Shown piece after piece: positions 15,036 through 27,600 of a stretch of 64,000 bases of DNA; position 1 is the first letter of the stretch, and each line of letters opens with the position of its first letter. Both the position numbers and the translations under genes were made by a program. This DNA is from Tubiluchus corallicola (Eukaryota; Animalia; Priapulida): positions 496,001-560,000 of the forward strand of contig JAQGDQ010000070.1 in assembly GCA_030141605.1 (NCBI GenBank). The letters run 5' to 3'. The notes under the pieces were generated by a model. That model was not told the DNA's origin. It saw only the letters and a list, made by a program, of their open reading frames with translations, and ran no database searches.

Positions 15036-16125
15036 TGAAATGTAACTGTTACTGTCAACAACACAGCTGTTGTACATAGCCATTGTTGTAATAATAAAGT
15101 GTTTATCTTCTTACATTTTTTGGTTTCTGTATGCCTGATGTTACACTATAAATTCTATGAAATGTATGAATATTATGTGCTTACAATAATACAATAATAT
15201 AATACAATAACTTCAGTCTCTTCTGGAGTTGTTGCATAAGAGTTTATCGTTAACATTTCAACTAAAGTTTTAAACAATTTTGGAAATTTCAACTAGTGAA
15301 CAAAAGCTGCAAACATTTGTCGGGTCGACCAATGGGCCAAGGCTCATGCACGCTGAATACTGCTGGCGACTTTTTTAGCAAATGGAAAACTCCTATATTG
15401 CTAGCGCTGTTCATGTCAGATATTCAGTTTGCACGGCGATTTTACTTCTCAGTCTAGTCTAGGTATGAGGTACTCAATTAATTTGCCAATTTTGCATGCT
15501 AAAGCTCCACTGCAGCTCCTCCCAGAGTATATACATAATGTAGCCTACATTTGTTACTACATGGTACATCCTTTTCATGTTGCCAGTCTGTGGGAATTAG
15601 GATCTGTCTTTGCAGCGGGGTCCAACTGGGAGAGAGAGACCAGGTAAGTTAATTCCCATTAAAGACGAATAACTGGCAAGTCATAAAATATAAGGATTAA
15701 TGCTACAGCCCTACATAGTGCATTTCTGTCGCAAGATGGAAAACAAAATCTTTACTTAAATATGGATGTGAGTTAATAGACCACGCAGATATGGCTGCCA
15801 TTTTAACATAGTATGCACGCGTATAAACCTACAAATGTAAAAAATAAACAACAAACAAGTAACAGACAAAATGTTGGAATGTTAAATTTTCCGGATTTCT
15901 CAAAATCATTGATGAGGAAATTGTCCTTTTGCTTTTCCTCTACACAAGTCTGTTAATTTTAGATTCAAATGACATAATTACAACAGAATAAATAACTTTC
16001 GTAGAGTGCTAAGTGCCCCCATGGGTAATTCTGCTTAATCAGTTTATGAGTTTGTAATAGTTGAGTGTTGTTTATTTCTAGGTGAAAAAGAAGAAAGATG
16101 CATATTTGGGGAGTGTAGACGGTCA

Positions 16126-16177
16126 ATGGAACTGCACTTGTTGTGGCTTAGTTGCATTCAAGCCCTGTTTTTGTCCA
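16126..16177 (+). CDS. IgSF receptor exon: signal peptide
   Basis: MELHLLWLSCIQALFLS(S-VYG|Q) followed by donor gtaagg; phase matches the next exon. Confidence 0.7.
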
Positions 16178-19100
16178 GTAAGGTTTAATTAAGAAAAAAC
16201 ACTGAATATTATCTATTAATTGGTTTAGCAGAGCTAGCAGATGCTGCAGTGGTCAGGTTTTGGATTTTGTACAAACCAGCTGGTTTCTTAATAGTGTTTT
16301 GTTTTTGGTAGAATAAAGCTTAGTGTGTTAAGCGCAAATGTGTAATTCTGTGTCGCACAGCTCACTGAGAGGGGATATCACACTGGGACACAGGCACAGC
16401 GCCCCGCAAGCAAAAAATCAAAAAAGCACCTAAGTGAAGTAAACAAAAAATTTAATTCTATTTAGGTACTTTTCGGTAACTTTTATTTTACGTACTAGTA
16501 TATGCTTTTAATTTTCTAGATATAATCATGCTGTTGAGAGATCCATTCTGAACATTTTTGCCTCATCTGAATGCAAATTAAAATTTTTGAGCTTGTCTTA
16601 TGCGTGTACACACTATTACAACTGTTGGCTTTAATTAGTAAATTTGAAGTCTATTGTTGCATCAATTCATGGCAAAAATTACGGACAAAAAGTGTTTTTC
16701 TTTTAATTACCAACGTGTCTCTAAGTCAGCTTTAGTACTTATTCTGAGTGTTTCCGCTAGTCAATACCTAGCCCAGAGTAAAAGCTCAGGAACGATTAAC
16801 TAATAATTTATATTTTTCTCCTTGGTATTGGGAATATATGGACAATAACTGTAGCAACCTTAAAAATCAACATTATAATAAATCACATCATTTGACTGAA
16901 CACGACGTTTGCTTGGTTGCGAGTACAGAAACGTTTCAGAAAAGGCTAGTAACCAAGTGGTTAAATTAAGCATGTGTTTGGCTATAAAGTTGAGTGGACC
17001 TTGTTCGTGAATGGTTGGGTAATTATGGGGAAAACTGCTTCTGGTTGATTTGATCAACATACATACATTATGTAGTTTCTCCTAACATATCTTATTGGTG
17101 ACCTGTAATAAAGTGACAGGAAAAAATCACAGAAAAAAGTTACAGTTTTGGCTAGGAAAGAAAGTCGGGTAATCAAACAATAATCAGAATATATTTAGCT
17201 ACCGCAAACAATTAAACAGAAAATATTTTAATTCAGTTATTGATTGGCAATATCATGACTTGTAAATTTTGACAATACTATTTATATAAGATAGTATTAC
17301 ATGCATGTGAAAATGAATCACATTTTATTCAATATTTTAGGCTTCGTCTGCGGGCACAAGCATGAGAGGATGCAAAATTCTTCTAAAGTTTACTGACTGT
17401 TAATTCTCAATTACTAATCCAACATTAAGGATTAACAAAAGTTTTCAAACTACACCAAAATTGCGCAATCAGAGATCAGCGAAGCTGACTTAATTACTAT
17501 GTACAGCCTATAAAAAAGGCTAATGTTGTTAACGACTGTTTCGTATTATGAGCAACTTTTTTAGACCAATGCATGGAAGAGCTATGCTGGTGCAGTACTG
17601 CATATCAAACTCAGGGTGATTCTTGCAAAAAGTTCGCTTAACTTTATCCCATCATGTAGAAAGAGGAAGGTGGGACTCAGGGATGCAAAAATGAGCAGAA
17701 TTTGTGGCTTTGGGATGCAAAAATGAGCAGAATTTGTGGCTTTCACCCATGAAACAAATGATGAAATATTAAAAGGGTAGGGTGCCAAAAAGTTTTTGCT
17801 CTGTGGTGATGTGAGCACTTGCTACACCACCTGCAAAAGCTATGGGAAAGAAATTTTCTCTTTTTATACATCTGGTAATATTACCTAATCTCACTGCTTG
17901 CTGAATCAATTGAACTATTTTACAGGTGTGTATGGACAAAGAGTAATAATCGAACGTGCTGTGCAACTTGACTATTACATTAAAGATGATGCCACTGCAA
18001 ATTTTTCTTGCTCAGTAAAAACTGAGCTGCTTTCTAATCTAAATTATACAGTAGAATGGATGGTTAATGATACTATAGTAGTAATAGGAGACCGTCATTG
18101 GTACAGCTTACAGAACAAAAATGATAGACTGGCTACAGGATGCTACAATTTAATTGTGAATATTCAACAATCAGACGATGACAATGTCTACACGTGCAAA
18201 GTGACTTACAATTTGGAAGTAGATTTCACTAATGTTACAGTAAAAGTCATCAGTAAGTGTTGAAATAGTTTTACTATTGATGTCATTTTTGTAAATTATT
18301 AAATGTGGCGACTAGATCCGTTCCAGTTTTTTTTAACATCTATGACTCTTTAAAACTACAAAGTTTGAAACAATCTTAGAAATATAGTGTATGGCCCAAC
18401 ATCTGTCGGCAGATCCATTGTAAAATCTCTTGAGCATTGTTATAACTTTGCCAGTTCATAAATGTCAAAGCTATCATTACTAATGTGTGGACATTTTTTG
18501 TTGCAGTTTTGGGCAATTTTGAAAATATGCTGTTTGGCAAAACGCCTATTCTTCGACCTCAATTTACCTTTAGTGCAGATAATCAACAGGAATTTGTGTG
18601 CACATACGGCGCAGCTTGGCCAGAACCGAAATTACAGTGGACCTTTAGTAATTTTTTAGTAAACTGTTGTAAAATATTTTGACGTGTTTTATTCAGAATT
18701 TAGATTTATTTTATGTGTGTGTGTGTGTGTGCGCGCGTGCGTGCGTGCATGTGTGTAGCAAACTACCTATATAATACTGATAATCGTAAAGTATCTAGTG
18801 ATTCTAGAAGTTTGTTAAGTGGGTGCATGTGACATACAGTTTGACAAACAGAGTTCCAGGGCATTCGAAATATTACAAAGTAGCTGATTGGTGATGGGGA
18901 AAACAAATTCTGAAAGTGAAAACAACCTAGCACCCACTTAAGCAAAGACATGGCTTTCATTCTAACACAAACCCATCTGCTCATGTGCACTGTTTCGACC
19001 ATAACATGGTCATGATCATGTAACAATTCAACTAATAAAAATTCAGTGTATAAAAATGACAAAAGTCCACATTGTCAAAAGCAAACATAACAAATACTAA

Positions 19101-22100
19101 ATTGTAAATGTATAACTTGTGTAGTACAATGCCAAATGACAGGAAAAATGAAGTTATGTTACTTCAACATTATGCCTGTGAGTGGTAATAAGAGAAACCT
19201 TTGCACCAGACATGAACAACACTGCAAATGACCAGCTACATGGACCACTCTACTTATATTGTAAAGTAGAAGAAATTAAATGGAGTTATGTAAATCAGAA
19301 TGATTGCTTGAGACAATATCCTCAGTTTTGCTTAAAGTAATATCCTGCTGGCTCAAGTTACCCCAGTATACAGTAACAGGTTTCAATGGACTATATTCTG
19401 TAATCATGCAATGCCTGGGAAATCCATTTGTGGCAGGTTAATATAAGTGCTATACATTTTCACTAATTAAGGTTTAAAAAATTTTAGCTTGATATTGTTC
19501 TTGGCACTATCTATATATTAATTTTCGTGTTATGTATATATATATCTGGGTTTATATATAACCGACGATGCTACAGCTGCAACGAGAGCACTGATCTATA
19601 CGTCAAATGAAAGATCTCCACCCAAGGGCTTGCACCTGGGGGTTTATTTTTCGAATCGGGCGTACCGTGAGGCCAAAAAACCTCCAAAATGGCCATTTTT
19701 CCCCATTTTTTGGCAAAACTTATACCTCTTATTTCTAGAGATCCAGAATGGGTCACGGGTGCTGGTAATGATTGAATAGCCCGTTCAGCAGTGGGTGTAA
19801 TAGTCATATTTAGATTTCGCGAGAGTGCCACTAATGCACTCTATGAGCATTTTCCCGGACCCAACTCTTAATTTTTTCGAAATTTTGGCCAAACGGCCTG
19901 TAGAAAAACCGTTCTGACGGTGTTCAGTGGGACTCTTGGAAGGCAATATATGGCTCTTTAGAAAGAGAAAGAACAGGGCTACACGATGGTGTTGGCTACA
20001 TTTTAGGACACATCCACCAAGAGGAGTGGCGACGAGTTAATTGGATGTTCCATTTTTGGCAATTTTCGCTTGGGAAACTGCTGACGCAAAGCAATTGTTC
20101 TGACGCCATCCATTATATTCTGTCTATAACCTCATAACTTTAATTCAGTAAAAACTGCTGCTCGCTTTGCATTATAAATGAGGACTATGTAGGATGTTCG
20201 CGCATTGTTATAAGTGTACTTATACGCAAAATTTTTTGCGGGGCCTTTGCTAGTTTTTATTATTATTATTACTACACACATATGACACATACTAGATTTT
20301 TGCTTTTTATTACTGATAGCATCTCTAATCTGTAGCATCTCTAACCTGTAGATTTGTGAAGTTTTACGAAAAGTGTATACTATCAAAGAGCTGTTGCTAG
20401 AACATTTTCAAATTGTGCTACAGGCGGTTTTTCATCACATTGTAATTTATTTATTTTAATTTATACTTTATTAGCAATCAATATAATACTGTTTTTAATT
20501 CAGCAACAGACATGTAGCTTGATAAAAAACAACTCCATTCTAATTTCAGAGACTGTCCATGTCAATTTATCAGTAGCCAATGAATTACTATTTGTTATTA
20601 GTTATTTACCAGGTTTTAATAATGAGGAAAGCAAAGATATTTTAACTCATGTATTAGCCTACCAATTATTTCTAGTACTGTACAAATAGTCTGATTAATT
20701 GTCCTTTTGTATTTATACTTGTTTTTTTGTGAAATATGTATTGTACTTCTAGTATGGTAACAAACGATAATAATAGTAATTATTATTATGTCGCAGGTAG
20801 TTAATGTGAGGTAATTCGAAAGAGTATAAAAAGTGTACTTTGGATTTTTCGGTACTTAAACAGCTTTATTATGATTTAAAAAATGATGATGATAATGATT
20901 GTGATTTAAATAACAATGATGATCACGAAAACTTTATTTGATGAGCAAGTTCCTACAAAACTATAGGAAAATCAAGAGTAATGATGAAATGGTGCTGGGT
21001 GTACATATAACTTTGCAAAGATTGCCTCTATGGCTAAATCACAACCTCTAGTGCTCCCTAAATGCTGACTAGAATATGGTTTGTTAACAGATTTTATAAA
21101 TACATGGCTCTGGAATTGTGCTGTGGCTCAGACCATGTATTTTCAACTTTCGGATGTAATGTAAATTTTTTTCATTTGTATAGGGCACTACATTATTTGT
21201 TGTCTCAGTATGCTGAACAGTGAAATACATTTATGATTCGTAAGATACGTTAAAATTTAGAATGCTTTAAAAAAATTTAAATTATTTTACTGTAAAAAAG
21301 TACAATCTAAACGAATGTGTTTTAAGCTGTCATTAAGAAGAATGTAATGAGTTTGCATAGCGTACAATAACAGGTTAACTATTCCAGAGATCTGAAGCGC
21401 AGACAGAAAAAGTTTTTTCGTCATATTTTCAGATAAGAAAAATATTACTAGACATTCGTCTAAGACAATATCTTCAGAAGGAAAACTGAAGACGGTCACT
21501 AGTACGCTTTCGTTCAAGTTCATAGGACAACAACACAATGGAAAGTTATTGTCTTGCACGGCATTCATTCACAGCACAGTGGAGGAGCAAATACAATCAA
21601 AATGGCTGCTTATCGATTGTGAGTAAACTTGTGCTTATTACAAATTAATTATATACCTAGATTTATTATATAATAACAGCGAATGACAAGTGCGAAATAA
21701 GCACACATTATCGTATTTCCCATACTAATTGGTTTTTAAATGTGCTTAAATCTTGAAAAATATAATGCATCTAACAAAGCCACATATTGCTGTCAGCATA
21801 TAACTGCTATTAAACGATACCAGCATATAATACCTTAGTTAATGCTGCAGCTTGAAGTATTAAGTCAACTAAATTATTTCATAAATTCTTTCAAGACGTT
21901 CCAGTTTTTTTATCGTTTGATCCTAGGATTGTTGTATTTATGTCAGAAAACAGTCTTTACAAACTAATTTTCTTTGTACTGCAAACCGATGTTAAATAAA
22001 GTAACTGTAACCTATCGTGCTAAACAGAACTGGCAGCTCTAAGTGACTTATTGCATCTACAAACTCTATAACATGATGAATTGAATGTGGCCTTTTGATA

Positions 22101-22371
22101 ATGGTGCCTATAATAGCAAAGAAAAATAAAACACAGACTTTCATGGAAATCACGGATGCTTGTATGAACAATATAGCTTTTATTATCACGTCCAATTGTC
22201 CCATCATTAAAAACGATAATGTGATATTATCAACAGTTTAAATGTGCTCAATGATCTCTGCATGACAACAAAAAATTTGATTGGCAAAATCGAGTTACGT
22301 ATGAAGCGATATGTAAACTTCACTAGTGAATTACATACATCTAATACTTGAATGAACATGGCCTTTAATTA

Positions 22372-22409
<38 letters not shown>

Positions 22410-24626
22410 CTGTGTAGTGTGATACAATCTACGTGTATCACGATATTATATGTTATTGTATATTGTAGTTAACACTGTTCATTTGATCATCTATGTATCA
22501 ACAATATAGTAATGTGATTTCCTTATTTTCTTTTACATCCTATTTCAACATTGGTTTGTATATATATGTATATATATTGCTATTATATTATTCAATTGTT
22601 ATATTATTCATTGTGTCACATTTGCTAACTTTGCATGTATATGTCTTCATTAATTTTTATTTGTATGTATGTATGTCTGTTTGTGTTTGTTTATATTTAT
22701 ATTACTTTTTTTATCTGCACTTCTGCCTGTACATACACTTGCCCTGTGAGGATTCATGTATCAGTTTTAAAAACTGTCTAATCTCAACCAAATAAACTAT
22801 GTTTAAACCAAATTAACATTTGATTTCTAGATTTAGAGGCAGACAAAATTACAGTTCTTGAGCCTAAGGAGGATGCCTTGTTTATGTCTAAAGGTCAGCT
22901 GTTATGGTTACTGTGCACTTTTGTGTGCAGTCCGCTTCCAGTGGGTGTTGTCTGGCATATTCCAAACATGCATAATACGACTCTTAGTCGCGAAAACACC
23001 ACCCTTAACAAAACAATATCTTCGGAGAATGATGTGGGGAACTACACATGTGAAGTGATACATAAGCTTCGTAATGTCACATTAAAACCTGTGTTTGTAA
23101 CTCTTAAAGGTGAGCATGTTGCAGGACTAAGGTGTGTTGGTGCCTTAAGCACACGCCAGCACCTGGTGTCCCGGCTCTCCTTTGCTCCGTATCACCGCTT
23201 GCATGTTTTGCTGCTCAAAACGTTTTTGGCACAAATTATGCGACACTATATATATAACAAACTCCATTGCTCTATGTAAAATTTGTGCCACTTAAATTAT
23301 TTATTGACTTCATAATAAAATTTTAATTAAATAAATCAGCTAAAAAAGGTATGATGCCTGCCAACAGCAAAAAATTGGTCATTTAGAGCACAGAAGCTAG
23401 AGTGCTTGGAGTGACTTAACTAAGGTAAATTAATTACCTTAATTGCCCAATACTAAATAATGTGAATGTATCAGCAACACAATAACACAGTGGCTAATGC
23501 TGTTATCAACTTTATTTATATTCAAATTTTATGTTAACATACTTGATAACTTGAACTTTTCAATTTTCATAAATTGCTTCATCAGTTCAAAACAACTTAA
23601 TGCTATATTTGCCTATTTGGTCTATTTCTGCAACCTGTCCTGTGTGCGGCCAAGTTTTTCCAATGGAGAAAGTCAACTGTAGTAATATAAGTTTTATAAG
23701 ATCGATGATTTCTTTGCATGCACTCAGCTTCATTGTACGGTTTAGAAACTAATCTGGTCGTAAGGGCCAGATTGTCCTATAGGCTGCAGGCTATGGTTCG
23801 TGAAGCTTTGGGGGAACCTCAAATTTTTGGTAAAAAAATTTATACTTTCTCACCGTGGTTGTGATGAAATATGAGCAAATTTGGTTGCAATAAATAGTAA
23901 AATAGTAGTATTTCGTAAAGAACCCTTTTATTGACAAACAAAACATAGTTATTCTAGTTGATTTAAAATAATTTGCAATAATTTTACTTCAATTTCATTA
24001 GCCTATGGACCCCGGAAGAATCTGGCCCTCTGGTCCTTGAAAGTTACAAAATAGGTACTTTAGCAATATTGCCTGTGGTTTGTTAGAACAACTGTTGAAA
24101 CTGTATACATTTTTAGAAATTGTCTGCACTTTTTTTACTGTGACTATAATTTATATGATCGTAAATTATACATAACATTAAGTCGGTTAACCTAACTAAA
24201 GCTAAAGTTGTTTGAATGACTAGCATCATCAAATTGGTTCGTTTACCTTTCATTAGAGTAACAGCTGAAGAGTTGCTTAAACAAAAAAAAACAATGTGAA
24301 ATAGAATTACAGATGTCTCTTTCATCAAAGATCAGAAATTTTCCTATTTTCTTTGAGTAAGACTTCGTGTTTCGCCAGTTGTATCTTTCATGTACAAGGA
24401 TTATCGAAATTGCTGGTTGTGGTAGAATGCTCGCTTGGCACTGAGAAGGTCGCAGGTTCAATTCTCGACCGAGGCATACCAAAGACGTAGAAAATGGTAC
24501 CACTGGTTCTTCAACCAAGTACACTGGTTTATCATAATAACTTGTTGGTAATGGTAATCGCGACCACCTTGAAAATAAGTATTAAGTTACTTAAGGTGTT
24601 ATTCCCCAGACTACGTCCTAAGGAAA

Positions 24627-24668
<42 letters not shown>

Positions 24669-27600
24669 GTTATTATTATTATTATACATTGAAAAAATAA
24701 GCCATCTAAATAATAATTGTGTCCACGCTACTCAGATGATTTCGGTAAGAAAATTCGGTAATCAAAAAGAAAAAGAATCTGTAAATTACAACATTTCAGT
24801 TTAAACTGTTAAATAATTTGCATCATTTTTACAGTTCCACTGCAAATTGATGGCGATAACATTAGCTGGGTGAAGTTGTACGAAAATTTCAGTTACAGTG
24901 CAACGATTATGCAGGAAACGCCTTTTCCGGTGAAAAAAATTTCCTGGCTTGTAGGCAACTCGTTTCAACTCGAGCATACAACTGAGGGGAAGCAAAGGCG
25001 TGGCTATCATTCTTCTGAACTGATCAACAAGTCGGTGGCTATAGATGGAAGATATGTTGAAACGTATAACTTAACTCTGCATATCAAAGACGTGAGCCCA
25101 GATGATATTCAGGAGTACACTGTGCAAGTATATAGGAATGTTCCTGAGGAAAGTGTGGGAAAAACTGCTGCCACTTCTGAATTCAAGCTGAGGTTAAATT
25201 GTGAGTATGTAAGTTGTTGTGTGCATATACATGTATTACACTAAGCTGTTTTTTCATACTTTTGGATAGGAAAGAAACCTTATTTAAAATTGGGGTTCCT
25301 GTAGAACCTGTTTAAATTTGCACGGAAAAAAGATGGGCAGAACTGTATTTAAAGTTTTAACAAGATACTTTGCAAAACCAACATACAGTCAAACCTTGTT
25401 ATAATGCCAACCTTGCTTAATGTCCATGTTTTTAGCGAAACAAAATTTCTGTATTTGGATAGACATGCATGTATTAATTAACCTCGTTATAATGCCATAC
25501 TTGTTATAACATCAACTTTCTTTGCAGTCGCAAAGTAGGCAGTATAAAGAGGTTTGACTGTAGTATGAAATGCAAGAATATTATTATGAATTTTGTAATG
25601 ATATAGAAAAGTGGGTTTTTATTTATGTGTCATGCGCCCAGCATGTGGTGAAATTAAATTTATTAGATCTGGATGAGTTATTGTATGTGCGCCAGCATAG
25701 CCCTGAAGTCTGAAAATTCTGCTCATAACTCACTAAAAAATCGGTATTACGTAATTGAACAAGTCTGGCTGAGTTTTTTTGTACAAAAACTTCAAGCCTG
25801 TTATACTAACAGCGCATTCAGTATCTGAATTGGTTAACAGACGCAGCAAAATATGCAAGCCTGGCATAAGAACTCCATGATTGTCTCCAGAGTATACGCG
25901 AATCCAAGACTCGGATATGGTCACTATAACAGCAGATTAAGACTCAGATTAAGAACTAGTGTTGAGTCTGAATAATGTTCTCTGTAAGTTCCCCAACTGG
26001 GCTACCAAAGACAAATTCCTTATACTGCACTTCAAATGTATTAACAAGTTTTGGTTTACTGAGGGAGAGTAAGCATGCTTGCTTGTATGTGGGTCTTTTT
26101 TTACCCGTTGTATAATCTGTCATACCTTAATATGACATGCTGATTGCTGAGTAAGTTACATTTGCATTCCACAGTGATGGTGACAGTGACGGCAACAGTT
26201 TCTATAGCCTTCATTTAACCACAATGTTTCATCCAGACTTTTGCCTTTCCGATTAATCGATCATCTGGTTTGGATAACTTAATATTATGAATAAGTTGGT
26301 TTAAATGGATTATAGTATATGCTTATTAAATTTATGCGAAAATTCTAAATACTTGTAAGCATTGAATTTATTTCATAATTTATGGCATACTATTTATCGT
26401 TACTAGGATTCTTGTTAATTTTATGTTTGTTTAGGTTTATAAGTTATTTATTTTATTTTTTATTTCAGCTCGTAGATAAAGTCTTAAGCCATAAAAATTC
26501 AATAATTACTAAAAAAACTAATTTTAAAAACATAAACTTACAATTCACAGAAAAATAAGAAGAGACACTGGTTAAAATATTTACATTAACAGTACATTAA
26601 AATTAAATTCCAATTTCTATCACACTGTGGAAGTTTTTGTTCACATGAATAAGTCAATTTCTTTAATAAGTGAAATGTGTTTTATTTCATCATCAGGTGA
26701 ACCACAGGAGAAGACTCAGAGTCAGAAAGATTTCAAAGTTACCGAGGGCAAAAATATAACCGTTCCAGTTGAGTTCTGTTCGGCGCCACCGGTCAAATTA
26801 GGCAAGTGGCAGCTTGGAAACCATGACATCCTTCTTGACTTGAATGTTGCACCAGTGAAATCAGTTGATAAGCACATCACTGCTAGCGTAACTGATACCG
26901 TAAAGTCTGATGTTCGGATTGAAAGTCTGAAAGACCCGGGTAGACATGAACTGTCTTGCTACGTCGCTAAGTTGGATATAGTGCAAGCCAAAGAATCACA
27001 TGGTATAATGTACGTGTTTCTCACCACCAACAGAAACGTGAACGGTACAAAAATGTACAAGAAGTTTTACCGAGAAGTTAAAATACGTATGTAATTTCTA
27101 CATTTTTCATTTTTAATGATCGCATTCCTGAGTGTGCGCAGCATTGTAGCTAAAGCTCAATATATACAATTACACATACATAATTAATTCAAAAATACAG
27201 TTATACAAAGAACACAATTCAAAAATAATGTAAATTCCAAATTATTTTAACAAAAACTGTGTCTTACTTTAACAAATAAGGGGATTTTGTAATTAATGCA
27301 TGAGAAGTGTACAATAATCCTGTGTATTGTATAATCCAACATGGGCACATACTTGCCATTTCAAAAACAGTGATATATCTCACAGTATAGCAAAATATGG
27401 TATCTTGACTCTTTAAAAACTGTGACCTAACTATAGAAATTTCTGGTTAACCGCACAGTGTACCAAAGAATATTAAGTATGAATTCAAGTCATATGTTTA
27501 GAAGTGTTGTCATCTTTTGCAATGATACAAGTGACAAAACTATAGAAATTTCTGGTTAACCGCACAGTGTACCAAAGAACATTAAGTATGAATTCAAGTC

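Noticed and set aside
18713-18756. (GT)n(GC)n alternating purine-pyrimidine tract (Z-DNA potential)
   Set aside because: Ordinary short intronic microsatellite with no further evidence of function.
24412-24480. tRNA gene
   Set aside because: No complete cloverleaf; continues into a SINE core and (TTA)n tail.
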